The notes: a model not told the origin generated them from the sequence alone. DNA of 35,056 bases from an uncultured archaeon (GCA_964421955.1 CAYQYU010000011.1:1-35056), one strand, 5' to 3'. Shown: positions 9,595 through 18,870, numbered from the stretch's first letter. Translations and numbers: made by a program.

Positions 9595-11156
9595 CTCACC
9601 GATCTGAGGAACTCAAGGTAGAGAGGGTTGGGATCCTGGAAACGCGAGTTGAACTCGGGATGGGACTGGGTGCCGATAAAGAACGGGTGATCATTGAGCT
9701 CGACGTACTCTGCCAGATCCCGGTCCTGCATTTTGCCGGTGACCTTCATGCCATTACCTTCCAGCTGATCATGGTATTCCGGGTCAACCTCGTAGCGGTG
9801 GCGGTGACGCTCCCTTGCCTTGTCCGAACCATAGATTTCCTTTACTCGGCCACCGAGATTTGCGGTGTATCCTCCAAGCCTCATCGTGCCTCCCATCTCC
9901 TTGACATCTTTCTGCTCCGGCATCTCCGCGATCACAAGATCCTCGTGGCCGTCTTCGAATTCCTCCGAGGCAGCATCAAGTCCCAGAACATTCCGGGAAA
10001 ACTCCACCACCATAAGCTGCATTCCATAGCAGAGCCCAAGTGTCGGAATACCGTTTTCGCGGCAGTATTCTATAGCCTCTATCTTTCCCTCGACACCCCT
10101 GGAACCGAAACCTCCTGGAATGATAACCCCGTCAAATTCCCTTAGTTCTTCCGGATCCATTTTCTCGCTGTCAACGTACTCTATCTCGACAGATCCTCCA
10201 AGTTCGGCACCGGAGTGCTTCAGCGCTTCTTCAACCGATGCATATGAGTCGTCCATATCCGTGTATTTACCGCATATAGCGATCTTTGCCACAGGAGAAG
10301 AAGAAAGGTTCTCTACCCTGCGTCTCCAGTCCTCCATGCCGTTGTCTCTCTCCGGTAGATCGAGGCTCTCGGATACTATGCTGTCAACGTTCTGCTCATC
10401 GAACACCATTGGAAGCCGGTAGATCGTGTCGAGGTTCGGATCCGAGATAACAGCTTCCTCCGGAACATCGCAGAAAAGGGAAATCTTCTCTTTTATGCGT
10501 TCACCTAGTTCTTCCCGGCTGCGGCCGACAATCATGTCAGGCTCCAGGCCCACCTCTCTCAGTGCCTTGACCGAGTGCTGGGTTGGCTTCGTCTTCTGCT
10601 CTCCCGTGGTCTCGAGGTACGGTACCAGAGTGGTGTGGATCAGGAAGGTATCATCCGATGACATCTGTCTCGCCGCCTCCAGGTAGAACTGGTTCTCCAT
10701 GTCGCCGACGGTTCCACCGATCTCAATTATCACGATGTCCGCATCCTCTTCCTCCGCGATACGCTTCCACCATTCCTTTATCTCGTTAGTTACGTGAGGC
10801 ACCATCTGCACTGTCTTCCCGAGGTAGTCTCCCTGGCGTTCCTTGTCGATCACCGACTGGAAGATTTTGCCCGAGGTCAGGTTCCACTCTCCCTTTCCCT
10901 CTACATCTAGAAAACGCTCGTAGTGGCCGAAGTCCATGTCGACTTCAGTCCCATCTTCGAGAACGAAGACCTCGCCGTGTTCGTGGGGATTCATTGTCCC
11001 GGGATCAATGTTCAGGTAGCCGTCGCACTTCAGCGGTATTACCTTGAGCGAGCGTTGCTCGAGAAGTTTTGAAACCGAAGCAGAGACGAGACCCTTGCCA
11101 AGACCGGATAGGACACCGCCGGTGATAAATATCCATCTGGTGTCTTCCGCCGGCAT
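9591..11156 (-). CDS. pyrG: CTP synthase
   Basis: IFITGGVLSGLGKG, YLNIDPGTMNP, DFGHYERF, KTKPTQHSV, PGGFG, GLCYG, ERHRHRYEV, HPEF. Confidence 0.98.
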   Translation of the reverse strand: MPAEDTRWIFITGGVLSGLGKGLVSASVSKLLEQRSLKVIPLKCDGYLNIDPGTMNPHEHGEVFVLEDGTEVDMDFGHYERFLDVEGKGEWNLTSGKIFQSVIDKERQGDYLGKTVQMVPHVTNEIKEWWKRIAEEEDADIVIIEIGGTVGDMENQFYLEAARQMSSDDTFLIHTTLVPYLETTGEQKTKPTQHSVKALREVGLEPDMIVGRSREELGERIKEKISLFCDVPEEAVISDPNLDTIYRLPMVFDEQNVDSIVSESLDLPERDNGMEDWRRRVENLSSSPVAKIAICGKYTDMDDSYASVEEALKHSGAELGGSVEIEYVDSEKMDPEELREFDGVIIPGGFGSRGVEGKIEAIEYCRENGIPTLGLCYGMQLMVVEFSRNVLGLDAASEEFEDGHEDLVIAEMPEQKDVKEMGGTMRLGGYTANLGGRVKEIYGSDKARERHRHRYEVDPEYHDQLEGNGMKVTGKMQDRDLAEYVELNDHPFFIGTQSHPEFNSRFQDPNPLYLEFLRSVR

Positions 11157-11171
11157 AACAGATACAGCGAG

Positions 11172-11191
11172 ACAGGATATTTATTTCCTGT
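11172..11191. promoter_or_regulatory. Inverted repeat ACAGGA-N8-TCCTGT enclosing the probable pyrG TATA box
   Basis: Perfect 6-bp arms around TATTTATT (minus strand AATAAATA), 16-35 nt upstream of the pyrG ATG. Confidence 0.45.
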
Positions 11192-11207
11192 GCCGTTCGG
11201 ATTTTTT

Positions 11208-11996
11208 TCACAGCCTGTCCTCAAGAAACTCTGCGATCTCCTTAAGATCTATTATCTCAAGGTTGACCACGCGCTCTTCCGAATGCGGTATTTCATCCCT
11301 CAATTCTTTCGCTCGCGACTTGTCGATCTCTAGGATGTTCCGGGCGTCAACAAAAGCATTCCTGGTCTTCTTTCTTTTATGGGTGAACAGTGCCTTTGAA
11401 ATTCTGAAGAACAGATCCTCGTCTTCTACTCCGTGCCTCTCCTTGTTTGGATACAGCTTGACAATAGCCGTTTCAACCTCTGGCTCGGGGTAGTAGTTGC
11501 TGCTGGAAACCGTCCTTAGCTTCACAGGAACGAAGTAGTAGTTCACCATCACGGTGAAATGTGAGTAGTCGTTCGATCCTGGTTCGGCGACCATCCTGTC
11601 CGCAAGTTCCTCCTGGACGATCAAAGCGCTCTGTATCTGTTCTTGACCGAGCTTTTCGACTGCCTCAGAAGAGATCTGGAACGGAAGGTTCGAGACGCAT
11701 CTTTCAACATTCGCGGGGATTTCGTACTCCAGAAAGTCCTGGTTGATAACTTCAGCGCCGGGAAACTTCTCCTCCAGGTGCTCGTATAGGGTAGTGTCAG
11801 TCTCGAGCGCGTACACTTTCCCGGCAACGTCTAGGAGTCTTGAGGTTATAGAGCCGGTCCCGGCACCAATCTCAAGAACTGTTTTACCTTCAGTTTCGCC
11901 GGCCTTGACCAGCGCCTCTATGACAGCTTCCGAGTCCAGAAAGTTCTGTCCCTTTACAGGTTTTACACCGAGTTTTCGCAGTTCCTTTTCGATCAT
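11208..11996 (-). CDS. rsmA: 16S rRNA adenine dimethyltransferase KsgA/Dim1
   Basis: GQNFL, VLEIGAGTG, VSNLPFQISS, QEELADRM, FTHKRKK. Confidence 0.96.
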   Translation of the reverse strand: MIEKELRKLGVKPVKGQNFLDSEAVIEALVKAGETEGKTVLEIGAGTGSITSRLLDVAGKVYALETDTTLYEHLEEKFPGAEVINQDFLEYEIPANVERCVSNLPFQISSEAVEKLGQEQIQSALIVQEELADRMVAEPGSNDYSHFTVMVNYYFVPVKLRTVSSSNYYPEPEVETAIVKLYPNKERHGVEDEDLFFRISKALFTHKRKKTRNAFVDARNILEIDKSRAKELRDEIPHSEERVVNLEIIDLKEIAEFLEDRL

Positions 11997-11997
11997 T

Positions 11998-12537
11998 TCA
12001 GGACGTGAAGAGTTTTCTCTTGGTCTCTCCCTTGAGTTCTTCTATTATCCGGTCGATAATGATTTTCTCGGGATTCGGCATCGTCGGGACGCGATCCTTG
12101 ATGTCTTCGAAACTTTCAAATTCCTCGTTTCCACGCTCGTCGAGAAGTTTCTGCATGTGCTTCTGCCCCACCCCCGGAAGAAGCTCGAAAGCGTGCCTTC
12201 TCGGCGTTACAGGGGTGGCCTCGTTGAAGAATTCTATGAAACGTCCCTCATTTTCCTGCACCAGCGATTGCAGTACATACTTCAGCTCGCTCTTCGCGCT
12301 GCCGGTCAGGCTGTCGTATTCGATTCTGTCCTTGATGTACTTGACCTTGTCGCGCTCGCCTTCGCCGATATAGAGTTCTTCTCCTCCTTTGGGGTGCTCT
12401 TCTTCACGCATAACTACCTCTAGGAGGTTGAAATGCTCGGTCCCGATTCCCTGGGCCATGGGCTCGCTCTTTCCGCCGGAACGGCCGTGCTCCAGGAAGT
12501 CCAGCACCTTGATGTGTTCGTCTTTTTCATCAGCCAT
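11998..12537 (-). CDS. DUF655 putative RNA-binding protein
   Basis: VLDFLEHG, AQGIGTEHFNLLE, HAFELLPGVG (HhH), FESFEDIKDRV; canonical position between rpo4 and rsmA. Confidence 0.9.
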   Translation of the reverse strand: MADEKDEHIKVLDFLEHGRSGGKSEPMAQGIGTEHFNLLEVVMREEEHPKGGEELYIGEGERDKVKYIKDRIEYDSLTGSAKSELKYVLQSLVQENEGRFIEFFNEATPVTPRRHAFELLPGVGQKHMQKLLDERGNEEFESFEDIKDRVPTMPNPEKIIIDRIIEELKGETKRKLFTS

Positions 12538-12591
12538 AATTGAGCACCTAAATGTATGGAAAAACAGGGTTTTCGGAAGTTAAAAGCCTTT

Positions 12592-12927
12592 CTACTCCTC
12601 GATCTCTATGCTCTGGCAGACATCCAGTATCTGTTCAATCTCAGAGTCCTCGAGTTTTACGCGTTCCTTCTGGAACACCGCTCTTACAGTCGATTCATAT
12701 TGCGGAACCAGCTCCAGAAGCTTGTAGATATGCCGATCTTTGAGAGAATCGATCTCCGCGAGTTCACTGTAGAGCTCTTCAAGCGTGTCGAGGTCTCTTA
12801 CCCTGCAGTGGCGGGAAAGGTTCTCCAGCGCAATCTTCTGCTCGTGGGAGAGATCCTCTTCCTCACGGTCTTGAAGAAGGTTAAGGGCCTCGACAGGATA
12901 TGCAAACTCTTCTTCTTTAATCTCCAT
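12592..12927 (-). CDS. rpo4: DNA-directed RNA polymerase subunit Rpo4 (F)
   Basis: EDLSHEQKIALE, KLLELVP, VRAVFQKE pattern; synteny rpl21e-rpo4-DUF655; GAGGT SD before ATG 12927. Confidence 0.88.
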   Translation of the reverse strand: MEIKEEEFAYPVEALNLLQDREEEDLSHEQKIALENLSRHCRVRDLDTLEELYSELAEIDSLKDRHIYKLLELVPQYESTVRAVFQKERVKLEDSEIEQILDVCQSIEIEE

Positions 12928-12939
12928 TATCAATTACCT

Positions 12940-13233
12940 CTACTCGTTCTCCACTTTTTCAAGATGTACTGGTTTTAGGAAAAGCGTCTTCACCTGGTTG
13001 CCATCCTTTATCTCCAGCTCGACACCGTCTCCCCTGAAACCGGTAACCTTCGCGGCATTGCCGTAGAATCTCTGGTGGGAGCGGCCTTCCTGGACGGAAG
13101 AATTATATTTTATTCTCACCTGTTCTCCTTCCTGGAACTCCTTCATGTGGTCGTTTACCGTGGTTCTCTCGCCGGAATCACGTGCGAACTTGTGCCGTGT
13201 CCCGTGCCTTGGACCGCTGGATTTCTGTGCCAC
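12940..13233 (-). CDS. rpl21e: 50S ribosomal protein L21e
   Basis: KSSGPRHGTRHKF, SVQEGRSHQRFYG, LKPVHL; GTG start at 13233 preceded by AGGTGA SD (13241-13246). Confidence 0.95.
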   Translation of the reverse strand: MAQKSSGPRHGTRHKFARDSGERTTVNDHMKEFQEGEQVRIKYNSSVQEGRSHQRFYGNAAKVTGFRGDGVELEIKDGNQVKTLFLKPVHLEKVENE

Positions 13234-13357
13234 TTTAAAATCACCTATATACCGTGAGTCGGGCTTAACCTTTTTAACTCCCACCAAGACACTCCGGCTT
13301 TATATTGTCACTATTAAATAACAACAAACTTATAAGGCTGGGTGAGTAAACTAGGTT

Positions 13358-13951
13358 ATGGCCCAAGGACCTTCTCCCCTGGATCAGAAAATCGAGGATG
13401 TTACCGGATCAGTTGCGGAAACCCTCGAAGAATACGGACTCGATGTTTCCCGTGAAATCAAAGCCAGTGAACTGGAAAACGTCTACAGAGAAGGCGCTGC
13501 AAAATACGAGAGAGTGGGGCCAGAAAACCTGCCTGGACCTGCCTTACTTACTTTCTGCCAGGACAGAGAAGACCCTGTAGAATACCTTGTAAAGAACCAG
13601 TGTGAAGAAGGAGAATCCGTCATGCTCGGAGAGATAGTTATAGAGGGAGAGCTGGGAGCTCTATTCGATCCCAACCTTGTTGGATCGGTAAAATACAAGG
13701 CAGAGAACCGCAATGACGAAGTCTTTAGATACCTGGAAATGGATTCATGGCACGCGGATTCAGATATTGCAGAGACTAACAACGAGATAAGAAGAATTGA
13801 ATCCTACTTACAGGAGGAAACAAGCTACGAAACAATTGACACGACAGATCAACTTAAGCCTCAGACTCCTGGAGAGGCCCCATCGCTTGAGCCCGAAGAA
13901 GTTGAAGGCGCTAACTGGGGATCGATAAAAGGAATGGCTGCAGCGGATTAA
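13358..13951 (+). CDS. Hypothetical acidic protein
   Basis: 197-aa ORF filling the gap between rpl21e and pus10; CTTATAAG TATA about 25 nt upstream. Confidence 0.75.
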   Translation: MAQGPSPLDQKIEDVTGSVAETLEEYGLDVSREIKASELENVYREGAAKYERVGPENLPGPALLTFCQDREDPVEYLVKNQCEEGESVMLGEIVIEGELGALFDPNLVGSVKYKAENRNDEVFRYLEMDSWHADSDIAETNNEIRRIESYLQEETSYETIDTTDQLKPQTPGEAPSLEPEEVEGANWGSIKGMAAAD

Positions 13952-13953
13952 TA

Positions 13954-15183
13954 CTACTTCTCTATATCGATAACGTCGAGCTTCTCAACTTCTGCCGCTG
14001 TCCCCAGAATATCGGAGACGTTTGGTTGAGTGCGGCCTTCGTCGCCGTGCACAAGCTCCTTGATGTAGGTCCCTGCCTCCGCCGCGATTTCAAGCTCGAT
14101 TTCCTTTTCTCCGGTTTTCTCCCACTCCACGGAGTAGACCTGGCGCTTCCTGGTCTTGTCCGCCCTCCGGTGTTCAACACGCTCAGGGGTTCTCTGCTCG
14201 ATCTCTCCCACCAGTTGACCCAGTCTCTCTAGTTCCTCCTCTTCGACATCATCTTCAAGCGCCACATAAGCGCGGTAGGTCTTGTCAGCGTGCTTTTCCT
14301 TTATCTCCTCTATCTCGTCCTTCTCCGCGAAACGGACTTTGAAGATTTCGACCTCCTCGCTCTTGTTGACCTCTTCTCGTAGTGCTTCGAGGTCGATATC
14401 CCTGTTCAGCGGCTCAATCATCTCAAGGACGAACTCACGCTTTCCCAGGCATCTGGCGTCAACATCTTCCCGGCCGCCGCCATGGAACTTGGCCTCTATC
14501 GCCTTCGTCTCCCGTATGAAAGGCTCCTGTATGATCTCCTGTACCGAGGTCTGGTACTGCTTGCCCGTCCAGTCGCACTCCTCACAACCCCCGCCTCTAC
14601 AATTACGGCAGTGCCAAACCGTCTGCGGAATTTCTCTCGAGTACTTGTTGTACTGGCCGTAGACAAGCAGAGAGTTTACCTGGAGCTCGACGCGGTCCTT
14701 CCCCTCGCGCATGTCGACTATCGCCATTATGTCCGCCCTTTCAAAGTTGACCTCGATGTCGAGTTCGGACTCGATTCTTTTGCCTATCAGCCTCGATAGT
14801 TCGGTCTTGATCGGTTCTGTCCATTCTACACCGTATTCCTCCCAGAGTTTCTCCTCGGCCGCGACCACTTCTTCGGGCGGCCGAATACCTATCAGGAACG
14901 TGGACAGATCATGCCGTTCAAACGAGTCGGTCACAAGCTTAACGTAGTGTTCCAGACGGTCGAAAACGCCTTTACATACATCACAGCTTCCACCGGGTTC
15001 AGCACCAGCAGGAATGTTCTCGCGGACAAAGTCTTCCTCGTCAATATCCTCTATTTCCCTCAAGATTGCTCCTCTCTCATAGTTCTCGAGGCCATGGCCG
15101 AGCTGTGCAAACTGGCGGCCGAGACAGTGATCGCAGAGATCTTCTTCAAGCAGCGCGTCGCGCTTTTCCCTTACTGAAAGCAT
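13954..15183 (-). CDS. pus10: tRNA pseudouridine(54/55) synthase Pus10
   Basis: LCDHCLGRQF, CDVC, THUMP region, YNKYSREIPQT, FHGGGREDVD catalytic motif, GTYIKELVHGDEGRTQP. Confidence 0.96.
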   Translation of the reverse strand: MLSVREKRDALLEEDLCDHCLGRQFAQLGHGLENYERGAILREIEDIDEEDFVRENIPAGAEPGGSCDVCKGVFDRLEHYVKLVTDSFERHDLSTFLIGIRPPEEVVAAEEKLWEEYGVEWTEPIKTELSRLIGKRIESELDIEVNFERADIMAIVDMREGKDRVELQVNSLLVYGQYNKYSREIPQTVWHCRNCRGGGCEECDWTGKQYQTSVQEIIQEPFIRETKAIEAKFHGGGREDVDARCLGKREFVLEMIEPLNRDIDLEALREEVNKSEEVEIFKVRFAEKDEIEEIKEKHADKTYRAYVALEDDVEEEELERLGQLVGEIEQRTPERVEHRRADKTRKRQVYSVEWEKTGEKEIELEIAAEAGTYIKELVHGDEGRTQPNVSDILGTAAEVEKLDVIDIEK

Positions 15184-15203
15184 GGAGCTTAAGGTCTCAG
15201 CAA

Positions 15204-15217
15204 CTGTTTTAAAACAG
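15204..15217. promoter_or_regulatory. Perfect 14-bp palindrome CTGTTTTAAAACAG, probable bidirectional TATA box
   Basis: Self-complementary; lies between divergent pus10 (ATG 15183) and the sulfatase-like gene (ATG 15269). Confidence 0.55.
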
Positions 15218-15268
15218 AGCCGGTGGGTTGAAATAGGATACCGCAGAACAAGTTTTCATGGTGAGGAG

Positions 15269-16183
15269 ATGCCGAACCCGCTGAAGCTCTACCGCTGGTT
15301 CAGGAACTGGCTGCCCGACAGGGGCTCTTCAAGAACGGTTCTGCAGAGAAAGATAGGCAACACCATAGTATCAAAAATCACCCGCGGAGAGTTTGAAACG
15401 GTTAGATTTGCGGAAGAGGACTGGGACAATCTGGTGATTCTGGACGCGTGCCGGCATGACATGATGGAGGAGAAGAATCCTTTCGATGCCGAAGTCCAGG
15501 AAAGATACTCGAACGCCAGCCAGACCATAGAGTTCCTCAAGAAGAATTTCTCCGGAGAGCATCTCGACACTGTTTACGTCACCGCGAATCCACAGGTCGC
15601 ACGTTTCGGGGGAAATTTTGCGCGTGTCGAGCACGTCTGGAAGGACCGTTGGAGCGACGAACACGACACCGTTTTACCCGGTGACGTTACGGATGCGGCG
15701 CTCGAACTGGCGGAAGAGTACCCTGACAAGAAGCTTATCGTTCACTACATGCAGCCTCACTTCCCTTTTATTGACTCAGAGATAGAGCAGGGCTCCTACA
15801 AGGGAGAGCGTGGTGGCCGGGAACTACCCTCCGTCTGGGAACGGATGTATGCGGGCGAGCTCGATAAAGAAGAGGTCAGGATCGACTACGAGCACAACCT
15901 TGAAGTCGCACTTCCAGAGGTCAAGAGACTTGTCGCTGAACTCAGGGGCAAGACCGTCGTGACCTCCGACCACGGAAACCTTTTCGGCAAGAAAGTGTCG
16001 TTCCTGCCGTTCAAGGTCTACGGACACCCCGGCGGGATCAAGGATGAGGAGCTGTGCAGGATTCCCTGGATCGAGCTACCTTTTGAAAGCAGGAAAAACA
16101 TTTCCCGGGCCGAAAAGAAGTCAGAGGAAGAGTTCGACTCGGAAGAGGTCAAGGACAAGCTGGCTGACCTGGGATACAGCTAG
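15269..16183 (+). CDS. Alkaline-phosphatase/sulfatase superfamily protein (haloarchaeal type)
   Basis: LVILDACRHD, SQT nucleophile region, VHYMQPHFPF, VVTSDHG, YGHP, C-terminal KLADLGY; GGTGAGG SD before ATG 15269. Confidence 0.8.
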   Translation: MPNPLKLYRWFRNWLPDRGSSRTVLQRKIGNTIVSKITRGEFETVRFAEEDWDNLVILDACRHDMMEEKNPFDAEVQERYSNASQTIEFLKKNFSGEHLDTVYVTANPQVARFGGNFARVEHVWKDRWSDEHDTVLPGDVTDAALELAEEYPDKKLIVHYMQPHFPFIDSEIEQGSYKGERGGRELPSVWERMYAGELDKEEVRIDYEHNLEVALPEVKRLVAELRGKTVVTSDHGNLFGKKVSFLPFKVYGHPGGIKDEELCRIPWIELPFESRKNISRAEKKSEEEFDSEEVKDKLADLGYS

Positions 16184-16707
16184 ATATCAAAACTCCTCTC
16201 CTCCCTTTCCAGCTCGCCATTCTCCAGGCAGATAAGTTCCACCCAGAGCTGATCTCCCTCGACTTCCACTGCCATCATTTTGGGGATCCCTGTTCCAGAT
16301 CTTCCGAGGCCGGTACAGCTTCCCGGGTTAAGCAGTATTTTTCCGTCTTCTTTCTCCGCGGCCTGGACATGGGTATGGCCGTGGAAAAGTATATCCACGT
16401 CAAGCTTCCGGGCATTTTCCGCCAGAGTCGGTGCATGTCCCCGCGGCCTTATTCCCGAGCCGTGGTAGACCCCGAAACGCAGATCTTCATATTCAAAGCT
16501 CGTTGAGACCGGAACCTCGAAGAAGTCGTTGTTTCCCTTAACGCCGATAAAATGGTCGTAGCGTGCCTCAAGCTTGCGGTAGATTTCCTCGATTTCGAAG
16601 TCTCCGCAGTGGATTACCTTGTCCGCTTCATCCATTAACTCGGAGAATTCTCCCGGTATCTTTTCTGCACGCGCCGGGATATGTGAATCCGAGATTACGG
16701 CGATCAT
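16180..16707 (-). CDS. Metallophosphoesterase, YfcE/MJ0936 (Vps29-like) family
   Basis: ISDSH, IHCGD, KGNND, YHG, HGHTH, NPGS motifs. Confidence 0.92.
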   Translation of the reverse strand: MIAVISDSHIPARAEKIPGEFSELMDEADKVIHCGDFEIEEIYRKLEARYDHFIGVKGNNDFFEVPVSTSFEYEDLRFGVYHGSGIRPRGHAPTLAENARKLDVDILFHGHTHVQAAEKEDGKILLNPGSCTGLGRSGTGIPKMMAVEVEGDQLWVELICLENGELEREERSFDI

Positions 16708-16811
16708 AGGGGGTAAAATGTTTGGAAACTTTAAATACGACCTCCAGCCAACTTCTATACCGGGCGCCGCAATCTGCGTCTACGGGGGAAGGGTTCGAGA
16801 CGTGAACCCTG

Positions 16812-17102
16812 ATGAGAACCAAGAAACTGTTTTACCGCCACACGCTGTTCATGCTACTAGCTGTAACTAGGTTCCTGAGTAGAGCGGATTTTAACATCCC
16901 GACGAAATGGTATTCTATCCTGGACAGCATGAGAGTCTCAACCGGGGTTCTCCACGACAGGATCGGTATGATCGACGAGGAGGTCCAGAGAGACTTCATC
17001 GAGGTCGAGAAACAGATCGACAGACGGCTGGGCAACGAGAAGTTCTACAGCGACGAAGAAGTTAAAGAGCTCCAGAAAAAGATCGACGAGATTCGGCTCT
17101 GA
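16812..17102 (+). CDS. Small hypothetical protein
   Basis: 96-aa ORF with host-like codon usage and a charged helical C-half; start uncertain. Confidence 0.55.
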   Translation: MRTKKLFYRHTLFMLLAVTRFLSRADFNIPTKWYSILDSMRVSTGVLHDRIGMIDEEVQRDFIEVEKQIDRRLGNEKFYSDEEVKELQKKIDEIRL

Positions 17103-17104
17103 AA

Positions 17105-17189
17105 GAGAAAATCATAGATATTGTAATACAATTATACACATATTGCCGTTAAATAGAAATTTTGTAATACTATTGTAGTACATTTTCTC
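17105..17189. repeat. AT-rich intergenic element: three TTGTA(A/G)TAC repeats flanked by an 8-bp inverted repeat
   Basis: TTGTAATAC 17121-17129 and 17162-17170, TTGTAGTAC 17173-17181; GAGAAAAT 17105-17112 / ATTTTCTC 17182-17189; 15 G+C in 70 nt (17111-17180). Confidence 0.7.
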
Positions 17190-17200
17190 GGCAGCCTTTC

Positions 17201-18496
17201 CTAACCCATGCCGAGTTTGCCCAGCATGTCCTGCATGTTGCCCCGCTTCATCGACTTCTTGTCGAACTTGTCCATCATGTTCTTGGTCTGGCGGTAGTGC
17301 TTGATAAGTTCCCGCACCTGTTCCCGCGAGGTTCCCGAGCCCTCCGCTATACGTTCAGTACGGGAGCGATCGATCAGCGAGGGATCGTTCATTTCTTCTC
17401 GAGTCATTGAGTCCATTATGACGCTGTAGCTTCCGATCTTCTCCTCAGTAAGCTGGGAAATGTTGTCAGGTATCTTGTCCTGCCCGAATGGCAACTGTTT
17501 CATCATATCCTCCATCATCCCGGAACCGGTCACGGACTCCATCTGCTCCCGGAAGTCCTCAAGCGTGAATTCTCCTTCCAGAAGTTCTTCAGGATCCGCG
17601 TCAAGTTGCTCAACCTTTTCGAGAAGCGACTCAAGGTCCTGCTGGCCCAGCATGTCGGAGACAAAATCCACAGGATCATAGACTTCGAGGTCGGACATCT
17701 CCTCTCCTGTTCCTATGAATTTTACACTTGCGGAGGAGTGCTCGCAGGCGACCAGCGCTCCACCTCCCTTTGCGGAAGAATCAGTCTTTGTAACTATGAC
17801 GCCGGTTATACCGACCGCGTCATCAAACTTCTCTGCCTGTTCACGGGCACTCTGTCCGATGTCTGCCGGTATCACGAGATAGGTCTCCTCGGGTTCGATT
17901 ATAGAGTGGATATCAGCAAGTTCCTTCCTCAGTCCCTCGTCCAGCGAGTTCCTGCCGGCGGAGTCGATTACCTTTATGTCAGCGTCCATCTCTTCCAGGG
18001 CGTTTTTTACAACTTCTGAAGGGTTCTCCGCGTCTTTCTCACCATAGAATTCCGCGTCAACTTCCTCCGATACCTGTTCCAGCTGTTCGAATGCCGCGGG
18101 CCTGTCAGTGTCGGCCGCGACCAGCCCCACTTTGAAGCCCCGCTTCCTGTAAAAATCCGCGAGCTTTCCTGCTGTAGTGGTCTTTCCCGCACCATAGAGG
18201 CCGCACAGCAGAATATTATGAGACTCATCGCGGATATCCGCTTCTTCTCCAAGCAGATCTTCGAGTTTCTGGTAGACTATCTCAAGCACGTGCTCCTTCC
18301 TGGAGAGTCCGGATGGTAGCTCCTCCGATAGCGCCTCTTCACGGATCTCGTCGCTGAGCTCTGATACCAGGGATACGTCGACATCTGCCTTTATCAGGTC
18401 GCGCTGGATGTCCTTTACCAGCTGTTCGACAGCCTCTTTGTCTGCAACTCCCCTTGACGAGAATTTTTCTATCGATTCTCTCACCCGGTCGAACAT
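17201..18496 (-). CDS. srp54: Signal recognition particle protein SRP54
   Basis: LIKADVD, GLYGAGKTTT, DTDRPAA, DSAGR, TKTDSSAKGGGAL and a Met-rich M domain (IMDSMT, RIAEGSG). Confidence 0.97.
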   Translation of the reverse strand: MFDRVRESIEKFSSRGVADKEAVEQLVKDIQRDLIKADVDVSLVSELSDEIREEALSEELPSGLSRKEHVLEIVYQKLEDLLGEEADIRDESHNILLCGLYGAGKTTTAGKLADFYRKRGFKVGLVAADTDRPAAFEQLEQVSEEVDAEFYGEKDAENPSEVVKNALEEMDADIKVIDSAGRNSLDEGLRKELADIHSIIEPEETYLVIPADIGQSAREQAEKFDDAVGITGVIVTKTDSSAKGGGALVACEHSSASVKFIGTGEEMSDLEVYDPVDFVSDMLGQQDLESLLEKVEQLDADPEELLEGEFTLEDFREQMESVTGSGMMEDMMKQLPFGQDKIPDNISQLTEEKIGSYSVIMDSMTREEMNDPSLIDRSRTERIAEGSGTSREQVRELIKHYRQTKNMMDKFDKKSMKRGNMQDMLGKLGMG

Positions 18497-18531
18497 AATG
18501 TTGCTCTGTTGGTGAAAAGTTTAAACCCTTG

Positions 18532-18870
18532 TTACGATCCGATGTTCCAGTACCTGTAGATGAACTGGCTGAAAACCGCTCCAAAGATCGCGGCGATCGA
18601 AGCTATAATCAGTGAAGAAACTATGGTGTCCCCATTTATCGCGGAGTAGCTGAAGCCGACGAGGAAGAAGACTATCGTGGTCATGAAGGGGTTCAGCAGT
18701 ATCCCAAAGGTGTTCCACGTGTTCTCGGCGCTGGAAAACCGGTAGATCATCCATCCGGCGGTGAAGAGCACCACCAGTGCCTGTACAGGTCCAGATTTCT
18801 GGTACGTGTAGTAGCCGGCGAGACCTGCAACCACTCCTATAAGGACTCCTCGCAGGTTTCCAGTTTCCAT
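18532..18870 (-). CDS. Small membrane protein (about 4 TM)
   Basis: Hydrophobic 112-aa ORF with own TATA-like TTAAAG upstream. Confidence 0.7.
   Translation of the reverse strand: METGNLRGVLIGVVAGLAGYYTYQKSGPVQALVVLFTAGWMIYRFSSAENTWNTFGILLNPFMTTIVFFLVGFSYSAINGDTIVSSLIIASIAAIFGAVFSQFIYRYWNIGS

Noticed and set aside
16790-16830. Hammerhead ribozyme (CTGATGA...GAAA after a stem)
   Set aside because: No pairing stem II between CTGATGA and GAAA and no NUH cleavage triplet before stem I.
16710-17200. SRP (7S) RNA next to srp54
   Set aside because: No helix-8 signature (CCAGG...GNRA...AGCA) and most of the interval is a plausible ORF.
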